DNA of 64,000 bases from a bacterium (GCA_044869275.1 JBIOXB010000230.1:32001-96000), one strand, 5' to 3'. Counted from the first letter of the stretch, positions 18,086 through 28,610 are shown. Program-made: numbers and translations. The notes: generated by a model from the sequence alone, not told the origin.

Positions 18086-20242
18086 TTACTGCACAAAGAA
18101 AAGCGGCTGCTCGTTCACGGAAATCTTGGTGCTGGCTGGGAAAACCTTGCGATTGCCCAGCATGTCGAACGCTTCGGCGCGCGCGAGCGGCTCGGGTAGC
18201 GCAAAAGAAATTTGGCCCTCGGCGCGCCACAACACGCTGGCGCGCCGGTTGTCGGAGCGCCGGAAGTGCAGCAGGTAAAGGCTGCTGTCGGCCAGAGCCT
18301 CGCGCGCTTCGAATTTGGCGTCGCCCAGGAGCTGTGCCAGAGTGGTGTAAGCCAGCAGCGCCGGCTTGGGCCGCGAGGCCCATCCTTCTTCCAGCAAGCC
18401 CATGAGATCCGAGCTGCGATTGAGGCGCTCGCTGTCCATGGCATAACAGAAGAAGTATTTGATACCTGCCATCCTGCTCAGGCACGCCGTGCGCAAGAGA
18501 TAAGTAGCATAGGTCAATTCCTCCGCCACGAGCGGGCGTAACGGCGGATTGTACTCTATTGCCAAATTGATGATCTCGGTATTTTGGCAGCCGTATTCCG
18601 TAATCCAAAGATCAGGCTCTTGCTGTCCTTGCTGCCGGAAGAGAGCGCGAATCTCGCTGCCGCGCTGCGCCAAGGCGGCTTGTTCGGGCGTCTTGTTCCA
18701 ATAGGGATGAAAGGAAAACGCATTCAACTCACTGCGGGGCTGGCCGGCCAAGGCTTCGCTCACAAAAGCCGGCGTTTCCGGCGCGAAAAATTTGGCAACG
18801 GCAAAACCGGCGATTTCCGCGCCTGGCTGCACCGCTCGAATTTCGGCAGCCGCGCTGGACAAGAGCACGCCGTATTCCGCCGCGGTGCCGTCAAAATAGC
18901 GCGGCAAATTCGGTTCATTCCAGATCTCCCAGCCGGAAATGCGCCCGCGATAACGTTCGGCAACGGTGCGCACATAATGGCGATAGTCTGCCAGCGAGGA
19001 GGGCATCTTGTTTTGAATCGGCCAGCCTTTTGCTTTTTCCGGCGGCACCGCCCACTTGGGCGTGAAGCCGAGCTTGCCGAGCGCGTGAAAATCTTGCGCC
19101 TGTAAATAATCGAGCAAAGAATCCGGCCATTGCCACTGCCCCGGTTGCGGCTCCACTATATCCCAGTGCAAATTCGCCAGATTGCGCACGTGGCGAATGC
19201 CGGCCGCCCGCAACACCGGCAAGCAAAGTTCCAGATTTCTGCTATTGAGATGCATGCCCCAAACCGGCACAGTGGCGGGCGCTTTGGGCAAATCAAAACT
19301 CGCCGCGGCAACGCGCGTCTGGCCGCTTTGCACCTTGCCGCCCTTTTCATCAACCACTGCCCAAGACAAATCATAAACGTCCGCATGCGGCAAGTCGAGG
19401 GGAAGGGATGCGCTATAGACGTCGTGCGCGGCAATCTCGAATGGCTTATCGAACGCGCGTTCATCGCCGTGCAGGCGAGCGCGCTGCTTGACGGCCAGGC
19501 GCAGTTTGCGCGGCCGGGCCGAGTGATTCGCCGCAAGCAACGTGACATCGGCTTTGCCGGCATCGGCGCGCACCACCAGCTCTTCGCCGGGCTGCAAAGC
19601 CGCTTCGATCTCGGGCATGACAGTGCAGGGTTGCTGGCGGTGCAAGATTTCAGCGCTGTCAATCCAATACACCACTGCTTCGGAAAACTTCACGACAAAA
19701 CGGTAATTGTCCTTTTCCGCCGGAGGCAATGTTCCGGAGACCTTGAAATGCGTCCAGGCCGCAGTGCACGCAAACTCCTGGCCGTCCCCGGCCATGTTCT
19801 GCTGGCCGCTGCGCATGCCTTCATTGGAGGTGGCATTGAACACCCGCAGCGTAATTTTGGCGCCTGGCCGCGCGCTTCTGGCATAGATGGAAAAGGAGTA
19901 TTCGCCGCCGCCTTGCAGCGTGAGCCAGGGTGTGACCAAATGGAAGGCGCCGTCTTTCTCCAGGCGTCTGCGCTTTTGTAAATCGATTTTAAGCGCGCAG
20001 CGGCCGGCCTGCGGCGCCACGGTGTCTGCACTCACGCTGGCGCCCACCACGCCGGCGGAAATTTTTTTCCAATAGGCCGATCCCAGCTCGAAGCCGGGGT
20101 TCAACACTTCAAATTGGGGCTGGTGGACGCGCGGCGGACCCTCCTGGTTCGGCCGTTCGTTGCAAGGCGCACTCCCGGCGGACCACAACAGTGCAGCTCC
20201 GGCAAGAGCACAGCGCGCGATAGTGTCGAGTATATTTTTCAT
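18086..20242 (-). CDS. Exported clan GH-A glycoside hydrolase (GH39/PslG-like) with an N-terminal CBM-like domain
   Basis: Signal peptide; NPGFE (CBM4/9-like); WEIWNEPN acid/base; SFHPY; WITEYG nucleophile. Confidence 0.78.
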   Translation of the reverse strand: MKNILDTIARCALAGAALLWSAGSAPCNERPNQEGPPRVHQPQFEVLNPGFELGSAYWKKISAGVVGASVSADTVAPQAGRCALKIDLQKRRRLEKDGAFHLVTPWLTLQGGGEYSFSIYARSARPGAKITLRVFNATSNEGMRSGQQNMAGDGQEFACTAAWTHFKVSGTLPPAEKDNYRFVVKFSEAVVYWIDSAEILHRQQPCTVMPEIEAALQPGEELVVRADAGKADVTLLAANHSARPRKLRLAVKQRARLHGDERAFDKPFEIAAHDVYSASLPLDLPHADVYDLSWAVVDEKGGKVQSGQTRVAAASFDLPKAPATVPVWGMHLNSRNLELCLPVLRAAGIRHVRNLANLHWDIVEPQPGQWQWPDSLLDYLQAQDFHALGKLGFTPKWAVPPEKAKGWPIQNKMPSSLADYRHYVRTVAERYRGRISGWEIWNEPNLPRYFDGTAAEYGVLLSSAAAEIRAVQPGAEIAGFAVAKFFAPETPAFVSEALAGQPRSELNAFSFHPYWNKTPEQAALAQRGSEIRALFRQQGQQEPDLWITEYGCQNTEIINLAIEYNPPLRPLVAEELTYATYLLRTACLSRMAGIKYFFCYAMDSERLNRSSDLMGLLEEGWASRPKPALLAYTTLAQLLGDAKFEAREALADSSLYLLHFRRSDNRRASVLWRAEGQISFALPEPLARAEAFDMLGNRKVFPASTKISVNEQPLFFVQ

Positions 20243-22117
20243 TCAGAGTTTCTCTTTCAGATAGATCATTTTGCGCATCGCCACGGGACTTCCGTTCAAG
20301 CGCAGGCGATAAAAATAAACTCCGGCGGACAAATGGGGAGCGGCGAAACTGAAACGATAGCGCCCGGCCGGCTGATTCTCATTCACCAACGTTGCGACCA
20401 GTTGTCCGTTGAGGGCAAACACCTGAAGCTCGATCGCAGCGGGCTGCAACAGTTCATAACTGATGATCGTTGTGGCGGAGAAGGGATTGGGATGATTCTG
20501 CTCCAGCCTAAAAGTGACCGGCACCTGACCAACCTTCACTTCCAGGCTATTCGCGACGGTGACAAAAACCCAGGCGGTATCTCGCAGGCTTATTCCGCCG
20601 GCTACATAATAAAAACGATCACTGCCCATGAAAGTGGCAGCGGGCGTGTAGCGCACGCGCTGGCGATCCGGAGAGATTGCCAAAGACGCGTGTGGCGACG
20701 GACCAAGCGCGAGCAGGCGCAGGCTGTCCGGTACGGCTGCCAGGTCGTTCGCCAGCAGCGGCAATTCCGTGGTTTGGTCTTTGACGGCGGTGACATAATC
20801 GTGATTGATGGAAACGGTGGAGGGAGTCTGCGCCTGCGGCGCGCACAGCTCCTTGAAAGTCAGAAAAGTGAAACCCATCGAGTCGGCGTAGGCGATCAAT
20901 GCTTGCGCGTCACCGAGCAATGTCACTTCGCTGCCGGTATAGGCCGGCGAAGGCGCGGTGACGATCGCACCAAAATCAAAAATGAGAAGCCCCTTCATCG
21001 CAAAAGCGAGGTCCACTTGTGCCTTCATTTCAGCGAGCGTACGCGGGGTGCCGCCCACGTTTGGTCCGGCGCCGGCGGAAGTGGGGCGAAAGAAGCGCAA
21101 TTGCATGGGCTCATCGATGGGCAGTTCATTGGGCCGCTTATCCCCCTGCCGCCGCACGGTATAAAACCGGTTGAGCGCCTGAATCTCCGCGTAAATGACG
21201 GGGTTGATGTCATCGTTGGGGATTGAAAAACACCATGGCGCTGTAAACCCGGCCAGCTCGAACGGCGACAAATCATAAACCTGCATGCGTTCGCCGGCAG
21301 AGAGAGTCGTCAGCAAGCGATAAACAGCGCCGTGGTGCGTCGTGCTCCAGGCGTGTTGCTCAACCAACTCGCGAATGCGCGGCAGTCCGATATAGCGCGA
21401 CCAAATACCGGAGTCATTTCTGTCGTTTACCTTCTCATAAAGGGCAAAATCAAAGGTAAAATCGATATTGGCGCGGTAGCCTTGCGCCAACAGCCATGGC
21501 GTGAGCAGGCTGTCGGCAGTATTGCGATAATGATTGAAATGAATCACGGCGGCCGGCCCGCGCGGCCGAGTATATTTGATTTCGTCGATCCAAAAAACTT
21601 GTTCGACCGCGGCATTGAGCGCGCGAAAGGAAAGGCGTTGCACATGCGCGAGATCTTGTACTGCAGCGCCGCCAAATGGATTGAGGTAGAGCGAATAGCC
21701 GCGCTGGTGCCAGGCCTCCGGAGGCAAGTGTTTTCCGCTGGGGTGATAATACACTGGCTCATACAGGCGGAAGCCCTTGCCAGGCCCGATATAAAGATTG
21801 GCGACGATAGTTGCGGCATTGTTGTTGCGGCGGCAGGTGGTGTACAACACGCGACCGCGTAGGTCGATATCGATGAGCTGCAAATCCAGCATCACCGTGC
21901 CGCTGTTGGGCGGAATGGTCCATTTGATTGCACCGCCGGCCGTGCGATAGATGCTGCTGTCGATTTCGATCTTCGTGCCGGCCGAGGCTACCCAGTTTTG
22001 CAGTTGTGTGCCGCGGCTGAGATAGTTGTAACCCGTGGAATCCGGATTCCAATAATTTTGGCTGCAAACCCGCGTCGCTCCCGCCAACGCCAGCATTAGG
22101 AATAAGAACTTTTGCAT
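20243..22117 (-). CDS. Secreted protein with a divergent polysaccharide-deacetylase-like domain, an Ig-like repeat and a T9SS-type CTD
   Basis: Signal peptide; IHFN...W...HH pattern resembling the NodB fold; LANDL...YTP...GSDRFYY (Big_9-like); QNHPNPF...GVYFYRL tail. Confidence 0.6.
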   Translation of the reverse strand: MQKFLFLMLALAGATRVCSQNYWNPDSTGYNYLSRGTQLQNWVASAGTKIEIDSSIYRTAGGAIKWTIPPNSGTVMLDLQLIDIDLRGRVLYTTCRRNNNAATIVANLYIGPGKGFRLYEPVYYHPSGKHLPPEAWHQRGYSLYLNPFGGAAVQDLAHVQRLSFRALNAAVEQVFWIDEIKYTRPRGPAAVIHFNHYRNTADSLLTPWLLAQGYRANIDFTFDFALYEKVNDRNDSGIWSRYIGLPRIRELVEQHAWSTTHHGAVYRLLTTLSAGERMQVYDLSPFELAGFTAPWCFSIPNDDINPVIYAEIQALNRFYTVRRQGDKRPNELPIDEPMQLRFFRPTSAGAGPNVGGTPRTLAEMKAQVDLAFAMKGLLIFDFGAIVTAPSPAYTGSEVTLLGDAQALIAYADSMGFTFLTFKELCAPQAQTPSTVSINHDYVTAVKDQTTELPLLANDLAAVPDSLRLLALGPSPHASLAISPDRQRVRYTPAATFMGSDRFYYVAGGISLRDTAWVFVTVANSLEVKVGQVPVTFRLEQNHPNPFSATTIISYELLQPAAIELQVFALNGQLVATLVNENQPAGRYRFSFAAPHLSAGVYFYRLRLNGSPVAMRKMIYLKEKL

Positions 22118-22142
22118 GTGCCCGTCGTCGTTGAATAATGTT

Positions 22143-22260
22143 GAGCCTGTGTGAAAACTTGGGGATGCCGCACCTTGAGCTTGTCGAAGGGTGCCAAGCT
22201 CAAAAATCCGGCTTCGACAAGCTCAGCCGGCGTTGAAACCAAGCGTTTTTACACAGTCTG
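22143..22260. mobile_element. MITE-like element B (118 bp), IS1182-like ends, 3-bp target duplication GTT
   Basis: GTT|GAGCCTGTGTGAAAAC...GTTTTTACACAGTCTG|GTT; internal TGAGCTTGTCGAAG / CTTCGACAAGCTCA hairpin; near-identical copy at 34888. Confidence 0.85.
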
Positions 22261-22348
22261 GTTACTTAAGATGGAATCTTGTGATCGGCTACCAGTCGTG
22301 CCATTCCCTCACCAAATTCCTGCTGACAGGTTGCTTGGAAGTTTCCAG

Positions 22349-24682
22349 CTATCTCTCCAATAGAATTTTTTGCACCGCCACCTCTCCCGCGGCTTCCAGG
22401 CGCATGAAATAAACTCCCGGGGGCAAGCCACGGCCCGAAATCTTGAAATGGTGCCAGCCTTCGATTTGCGTTTCATTCAACAAAACTTTCACCTGCTGGC
22501 CGAGTGCATTGTACAATACGCCTTTGACCCGGTCCGGCCGCGACAGGTAATAGCGCGAGAAGGTTTCATACTTGAAAGGATTGGGATAGCCGGGCGATAA
22601 AGCAAAATGGCGCGGCGCCTCGGTTTGATCATACGCGCTGGTATCGCCTTCCAGATAAACCCAAACCGGACTCGACCAAGCCCAAGCTTCCCGGCCGGCG
22701 ACGCCGGGCTTTTGCTTGACACGGACATAATACAGCGCCGCGCTGCCGAAGGTGCTATCAATGAGTTGCTGATGGAAATTTCGCCCGGTCCCGGCCGCCT
22801 TAAAGAGCGAAGTAAAAACAGGATGGCCGTTTGCATAAGTGCCAGACTTTCCCGCCCAGCGCAAGATTTCCACGGAGTCCAAGTCCTGTGTTCCAGCGAC
22901 TTTCACCGTGAGCTTGGGATACTGTTGCGAGGGCAGCGCGAACTTCGAACCCATCAAATTTCCGTTCACGTCGAAATACAGCAGCAAGCGTTTGCTGGTG
23001 GTGGCATAGGTGCGGCGGCTTTTGAGCGCTTCGAAAATGGCGTCGCGCGTCAATTCCTTGGCATACACGGCAACGCTGCCCACGTTCTCCCGGCCCGGGC
23101 GCGAAGTATGATCGTCGCTCGAGGCGATGACGCCCAGCTCTTCGCCCAAAGCCCAGGCATCCTGGGCGAAGTGCGGGCCATTGATCAGATCGCGCCGTTC
23201 CTCCGGATGCAGCGACTTGTAAGACAACGGGTGGGCGGGCTCATAAGATTCGCTGAGACCGTGCTGCGAAAACAATTCGATCAAAGGCCGCAATTGCGGA
23301 TGCGAAAAACCCGGACCAAAACTGACGGCGGCATGCTGGAGTTCGCCGCCGGATCCCGGGCCCCAAATCACGCCGGTATGATGAGGAATCGTAAGCATGC
23401 CAACGCCGGGCGGCAGAACGCGCGCTTGATCGGCCCATACTTTTTGAATTTGCCCATAGTCCTCTTCACGCAGCAAAGGCAATTGCGACACTAATTCATC
23501 GCGGGTGTTGAAATAAATATTGTGGTGGCCGGAAGGCGGCGCGGCGCCGAATTCCAGCGCGGGAATAGTGACGAACTGCCCGGGTTGGTGATAGCGCACG
23601 ACCTCGCGCTTGACGTGCTCCCACTCCGCCGCGGTGAGGCCGGAATTGTTCTTGGCGCCGTACGAGGCATGCTCGGTCAGCGCGTAAAAATCCAGGCCCG
23701 CGGCATCGCGTGCGGCGGCGAACGGCTCTTTGCCGTAGCCATCGAAGCTGAAGCTGGAATGGCTGTGCAAGTCTCCCCAATAGATCTCGTACTGCGGTTT
23801 GTCCGCCGTCACTTCCACCGGATTGGAAATCATTTCAGACCAGGAGGCGCCCAGCACCGCCAGGCGAACTTCATGAATGCCGGGAGAGCGAAACCGAATG
23901 GGTACGATTTTATGCCCGCGATCTTCCGGACCAAAAACCACCAGCGGTGGAGCTGCAACGAGAGAATCCGTGCTGCTGACTTTCACCTCGCCGGTAAAGG
24001 AGGCTGCGATATTCCCTTGCGCATCGAGGCAAGCGATCTTCAAATTGGCCGGCGCACCGGTTTGCAGGCGGCTGGGCAGATAAGCCGCCAGCCATCGCGG
24101 TTTGCCCGGAAGTATGGTGAGCAGTGGCGCAGGGAAAATTTCCTGGTAATTTCCCTGGCCTTGAAGATCACAGGCGACGAGCACCGTATCCGTGAAAGCC
24201 GTGGCGAGCCCCGGCATTAGCCCGCCCACAGGATTCGCGCCGTAAGTAATATGAATCGTGTCGCCGCGCACCAGCGCCTGCCGGCTAACCATCGCGGTCA
24301 AAACCCAGGCATTGCGATCGACCGGCCAGGCGATCGCCGGGTCGTCTTCCAGAATCTGGGTGATCGCTATAGCGGCAGCAGGGTTGGAAACTTGCGCGGT
24401 CACATATCCGGCAAAAAAGGGATTCGAAGTTTGAGGCTGAGCAAATCCTTTCACAAAGCGAACTTTGATGCCGCCGCCGGCTGCCATGCCGTCTTCATCA
24501 ATAATGAAGGACACGCGATAAGCGCCGGGCAATAGGGTAGTGGTCGTGGACGGCGACAAGAGGGTGTGGACGCGTGGAAAATCCGCCCGCAGCCTCAGAG
24601 CTAAAGCGGCCATAACGCTCATGAAAAGCAAGAAGGCGCTCATGCGGAATGTGGCTATTCTCGACGACATCGTTCTTTGCAT
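22349..24682 (-). CDS. Secreted PHP-fold metallohydrolase (DUF3604/CehA-McbA-like) with a T9SS-type CTD
   Basis: WGDLHSHS, ALTEH, GHHN, PHH, ASSDDH, RTYATT, AWSSPVW; YPNPF tail. Confidence 0.8.
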   Translation of the reverse strand: MQRTMSSRIATFRMSAFLLFMSVMAALALRLRADFPRVHTLLSPSTTTTLLPGAYRVSFIIDEDGMAAGGGIKVRFVKGFAQPQTSNPFFAGYVTAQVSNPAAAIAITQILEDDPAIAWPVDRNAWVLTAMVSRQALVRGDTIHITYGANPVGGLMPGLATAFTDTVLVACDLQGQGNYQEIFPAPLLTILPGKPRWLAAYLPSRLQTGAPANLKIACLDAQGNIAASFTGEVKVSSTDSLVAAPPLVVFGPEDRGHKIVPIRFRSPGIHEVRLAVLGASWSEMISNPVEVTADKPQYEIYWGDLHSHSSFSFDGYGKEPFAAARDAAGLDFYALTEHASYGAKNNSGLTAAEWEHVKREVVRYHQPGQFVTIPALEFGAAPPSGHHNIYFNTRDELVSQLPLLREEDYGQIQKVWADQARVLPPGVGMLTIPHHTGVIWGPGSGGELQHAAVSFGPGFSHPQLRPLIELFSQHGLSESYEPAHPLSYKSLHPEERRDLINGPHFAQDAWALGEELGVIASSDDHTSRPGRENVGSVAVYAKELTRDAIFEALKSRRTYATTSKRLLLYFDVNGNLMGSKFALPSQQYPKLTVKVAGTQDLDSVEILRWAGKSGTYANGHPVFTSLFKAAGTGRNFHQQLIDSTFGSAALYYVRVKQKPGVAGREAWAWSSPVWVYLEGDTSAYDQTEAPRHFALSPGYPNPFKYETFSRYYLSRPDRVKGVLYNALGQQVKVLLNETQIEGWHHFKISGRGLPPGVYFMRLEAAGEVAVQKILLER

Positions 24683-24689
24683 ACTTGAG

Positions 24690-27065
24690 CTACTTCACCA
24701 TCACAATTTTCTGCGTGGCAATCTGGCCCGCCGCTTCCACGCGCACGAAATAAAGGCCGGGCGATAAATTGCGGCCCGTAATCCGGAAATCATGCCAGCC
24801 TTCGCTGCTTACGCCATCGCTCAGCACTGCCACAAGCTGCCCGAGCGTGTTATATAAGGAGGCGCGGACACGGCCGGCCTGCGGCAAATAATAGCGCATC
24901 GTCGTCGCGGCTCTGAATGGATTCGGGTAATTCGGCGGCAATTCCAGGCGGCGCGGCACGGTTCCGGTCAGGCTGGTATCCAGCGTGGGCGTTTCCTCGA
25001 TCCAAATCGGGCTCGACCAGGCCCAGACTTCACGGCTGATAAATTGGCGCGGATAACTCACGTCTTTTATCTGCTTCACCCGAACATAGTAAATCGAGGC
25101 GCCGGAATAGGAGCTGTCCACCACTTGAAACGCCGCCTGCTTGCCGTTGCCCTGTTCACGATACAAAGTGACGAATGTGGGATGGCCATTGGCATACTCG
25201 CCTTCGCGCAAATCCCGGCGCAACACTTCGACAAAATCCAGATCGTCGGTGCCATGCACGGCGACATTGATTTTGGGATAATACGGCGGCTTTTGCACGA
25301 TCACGGAGCCCATCATATGGCCGTCGATATCGAAGCGCAGCAAGATGCGCTGGCCGGTGGTGGCATACGTGCGGCGCTGTTTGAGCGCTTCGAAGACCGC
25401 CTCACGCGTCAATTCTTTGGCATACACTGCAGCCAGTCCATAGTAAGGCAAACCCGGGCGCGAGCTGTGATCGTCACTGGCCGCAATGACGCCCAATTTC
25501 TCGCCGGCGGCCCAGGCGTCCTGCGCGTAATGCGGGCCATTGGCCAGGCCTTTGACGCCCGCGGCGTTCAGCGATTTATATGACAGCCGGTGTTGCGGGC
25601 TGTAATATTCGCTCAGACCGTGGCTGGAATAGATTTCGATTTGCGGGCGCAAGCGGGGGTGCGAATAACCCGGGCCAAAACTGACCACTGCAGAACTTAC
25701 ATCCACAAACTCATTCCAGATGATGCCGGTGTGATGCGGCACCGTGATCATGTCCACACCCGGTGGCAATAACTCGTTCTTCACTTGCCAGACTTTTTGA
25801 ATCTGCAAATAGTCTTCGTTGCGGAACAACGGCAGCTGCGGGATGATCTGATCGTGCGCGTTGAAATAAATGTTATGATGCCCGGACGGCGCTCTCGCGC
25901 TGAACTCATAGGCCGGAATCGTGACAAATTTTCCCGGCGCATTGAAGCGAATGACGTCGCGCTTGACCGCCTCCCATTCCACCGGCGTGAGCCCGGCATT
26001 GCGCTGGGCGAAGAAGGAAGCGTGCTCGGTCAAAGCATAAAAATCGAGGGCGGCGACATCGCGCGCCTTGGCAAACGGCTCGCTGCCATAGCCGTCATAG
26101 CTGAAGCGCGAGTGGCTGTGCAAATCGCCCCAAAAAACGCGATACGGCTGGGAATCGGCCACCACTTCAACCGGATTGGCGTACACCTGCCAAAGCGAAT
26201 CTGGATCGTGATCGAGCACGCGCAGTTGCACTTCATGCACACCCGGCGTGTTAAACGCCCCTTCGATCACTTTGCGGCTGCTGTCTTCGGGCGCAAATTC
26301 GACTTGCGCCGGAAACGTGGCGGAAATATCCGTCGCAGAAATCTCGACCGTACCCGTGAAAGGCAGCGCGAGATTGTTGTATTCATCCAGCACGACCAGC
26401 CGCAGGGGGGCCTGTTGTCCTGGCGCCAAAGTGCTCGGCAAAAAAGCGGCGAGACGATACGGCGCGCGCGCCAGGATGGTGATGATCGGGCTCGGGCTCA
26501 ACAGTTGATAGCTGCCACTGCCCTTCAGATCGTACGCGACCAGTACCGAGTCGCTGTAATTGGAATTGGGCGGAGTGACACGCCCGTTGACGTGCGCGCC
26601 AAACACGACGTGAATGGTGTCGCCGCGCGCCAAGGCGGAATCCCCTAACAGTACCGTGAGCACCCAGGCGTTGTAGTCCGGCGGCCACGGCACTTGCGCC
26701 TCTTCGCGTTCGACGCCGGCAACGCGCATGGGCGCCTGCACCTTGGAAGTTTGCACCACAACGTAATTCGGCAAATCCGGGCTGTCTGCTTGCGGCCGTT
26801 CAAAGCCCTTGGGCAGGCGAATTTTCAAACCTCCGCCACGGGCCATGCCCTCATGCTGCAACACGAATGACACCCGTACGCTTCCCGGCACGCGCACGGT
26901 CACGGTGCTGGGCGTCACAAACGTTTGCAGTCCGGCCGTGCTTTGCGCCTGGTGTAACGACAGTCCCAACAAGGTTCCGATAAAGAGCAATCCCCCTAGC
27001 GCATGAAACAGCGTGAGCGGTTTTGGCTGCAGCTCAAATAGATGTTTGTCGAATATCCCCTTCAT
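24690..27065 (-). CDS. Secreted PHP-fold metallohydrolase (DUF3604/CehA-McbA-like) with a T9SS-type CTD; tandem paralog of the previous gene
   Basis: Same motif set (WGDLHSHS, ALTEH, GHHN, AASDDH, RTYATTG, AWSSPIW) and an NYPNPF tail. Confidence 0.8.
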   Translation of the reverse strand: MKGIFDKHLFELQPKPLTLFHALGGLLFIGTLLGLSLHQAQSTAGLQTFVTPSTVTVRVPGSVRVSFVLQHEGMARGGGLKIRLPKGFERPQADSPDLPNYVVVQTSKVQAPMRVAGVEREEAQVPWPPDYNAWVLTVLLGDSALARGDTIHVVFGAHVNGRVTPPNSNYSDSVLVAYDLKGSGSYQLLSPSPIITILARAPYRLAAFLPSTLAPGQQAPLRLVVLDEYNNLALPFTGTVEISATDISATFPAQVEFAPEDSSRKVIEGAFNTPGVHEVQLRVLDHDPDSLWQVYANPVEVVADSQPYRVFWGDLHSHSRFSYDGYGSEPFAKARDVAALDFYALTEHASFFAQRNAGLTPVEWEAVKRDVIRFNAPGKFVTIPAYEFSARAPSGHHNIYFNAHDQIIPQLPLFRNEDYLQIQKVWQVKNELLPPGVDMITVPHHTGIIWNEFVDVSSAVVSFGPGYSHPRLRPQIEIYSSHGLSEYYSPQHRLSYKSLNAAGVKGLANGPHYAQDAWAAGEKLGVIAASDDHSSRPGLPYYGLAAVYAKELTREAVFEALKQRRTYATTGQRILLRFDIDGHMMGSVIVQKPPYYPKINVAVHGTDDLDFVEVLRRDLREGEYANGHPTFVTLYREQGNGKQAAFQVVDSSYSGASIYYVRVKQIKDVSYPRQFISREVWAWSSPIWIEETPTLDTSLTGTVPRRLELPPNYPNPFRAATTMRYYLPQAGRVRASLYNTLGQLVAVLSDGVSSEGWHDFRITGRNLSPGLYFVRVEAAGQIATQKIVMVK

Positions 27066-27080
27066 AACGACGACCTCGTG

Positions 27081-28610
27081 TTAAAGATACCCCAGACTCC
27101 GCAAGTGATCTTTCAATTCCTCGGTGACGACACCGGCGTCTTGTTCATATCGCCAGGAGGCGTCTTCCCAAGTATCAATAAATTGCACCTCCCGCCCCGC
27201 CCAATATTCTTCCTCAAAAATCTCATGCAGTACGCGGCCCTCCATGTCTTTGCCCACGGGCAAACCAAGCAATGCCAAAAGGGTGGGCGTGATGTCCAGC
27301 ACACTGGCGTGGTCAAAGCGATGGCCGCGGCGAATCCCCGGACCGGCGGCAATCAAAACGCCGTCGGGGTGATGATCGCCGGAAATGCCCGTGGTGTCGC
27401 CTTCGATGATTTTATTCGCGGCGATAATACGCTGGTTCGGCAAGCGCACCGCGAGATCGTCGATTTGCTCGATGTCGTCGCGCAGGCGAATTTCCAGGTT
27501 GCCGGAGGGGTCGCGGTTCACTTCAAACATGGGCGTCTCCGAACCGGCCAGGTGAATGCCGCGCAAGTCGCTTTCCATTTGCCGCAGGCGCTCTGCGTTC
27601 TCTTCGCGATCACGAAAATAGGTCGCGCCGCGGATGTTGAACGTGCGCGCTTTCGCGCCGTCCCAGCCCAGAAGCTCCATGACTACCTCGGGCAGGACGC
27701 GCACAGTGCGGTCGGGTTTGCGGCCTTGCGCTTCGGGTACGGATTGGAAACCATGATCGGAGAGCACGATCACGACCGTGCGATCATCCACGGCGTGGCG
27801 AAGAATATAACCCAGGGCGGCATCCGCGCTTTCATAGGCGGCGTGCACCGTGTGCCGAAATTTGGCAATCTCCTGCGGCCGGACGTTGGTGAAACGCTCC
27901 GGCTCCATGAATTTCCAATAATTGTGTGAAGTGGCATCGATCAACATGTTGACGTACATCGCCAGATGCGGGCGAAAACGCCGCACTTGTTGTGCGAAGA
28001 CCTCCGTGTAAAACTGTGCGCCAACTCTCCGGGCGGCAAAAAATTTGGATAAAAAATTCTCGCTGGCTTTAAGCCGCGCCAGCAGCACGGCAGCCTGCGC
28101 CAGGGAGCTGAGTCGAACACCGAGGCGATGGCACTGCCACGCCAATTGCGACAACCGGCGCCAGGATTTTCTATGCTCGGAGCGCTGCATCACATCCAAC
28201 TCACGAATAGCTTGCAACGCGGCGGGATGAGTTTCCACGCCGCGCGAAAAGGAGCCGGGAATCACAAAGCCGTTCACCGCCGGCGGCGGCCAGGTCACCA
28301 TGTAGCCGCATAAGCCCACGCGCAAGCCGCGCTCCGCGGCCATATCCCAAATGCGCTTGCAGCGCACGCTGTTCGAGGCCACGACGAAATCCCACACGCC
28401 GTGCTTCTCCGGGGATTTCCCCGAAGCGATACTGGTCCAAATCGTCGGCGAAACCATGGGCTCGAGCGATTTCAGCACGCCGGCGCTGCCTTCGCGCACG
28501 AGCTTCTGCAAATGGGGCAGTTTGCCCGCCCGCATCATGGGATCGAGAATGCGCCAGGTCGCGCCATCGAGGCCGACGACCATGATCTTCAACGCCGTGG
28601 GATCATTCAT
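27081..28610 (-). CDS. Alkaline phosphatase superfamily protein (NPP/type I phosphodiesterase-like)
   Basis: GLDGATW, P..SP..W.S..SG..P.KHG, LSDHGF, GDHH..G, DITPT. Start at MNDPT overlaps the upstream stop. Ends HLRSLGYL. Confidence 0.85.
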   Translation of the reverse strand: MNDPTALKIMVVGLDGATWRILDPMMRAGKLPHLQKLVREGSAGVLKSLEPMVSPTIWTSIASGKSPEKHGVWDFVVASNSVRCKRIWDMAAERGLRVGLCGYMVTWPPPAVNGFVIPGSFSRGVETHPAALQAIRELDVMQRSEHRKSWRRLSQLAWQCHRLGVRLSSLAQAAVLLARLKASENFLSKFFAARRVGAQFYTEVFAQQVRRFRPHLAMYVNMLIDATSHNYWKFMEPERFTNVRPQEIAKFRHTVHAAYESADAALGYILRHAVDDRTVVIVLSDHGFQSVPEAQGRKPDRTVRVLPEVVMELLGWDGAKARTFNIRGATYFRDREENAERLRQMESDLRGIHLAGSETPMFEVNRDPSGNLEIRLRDDIEQIDDLAVRLPNQRIIAANKIIEGDTTGISGDHHPDGVLIAAGPGIRRGHRFDHASVLDITPTLLALLGLPVGKDMEGRVLHEIFEEEYWAGREVQFIDTWEDASWRYEQDAGVVTEELKDHLRSLGYL

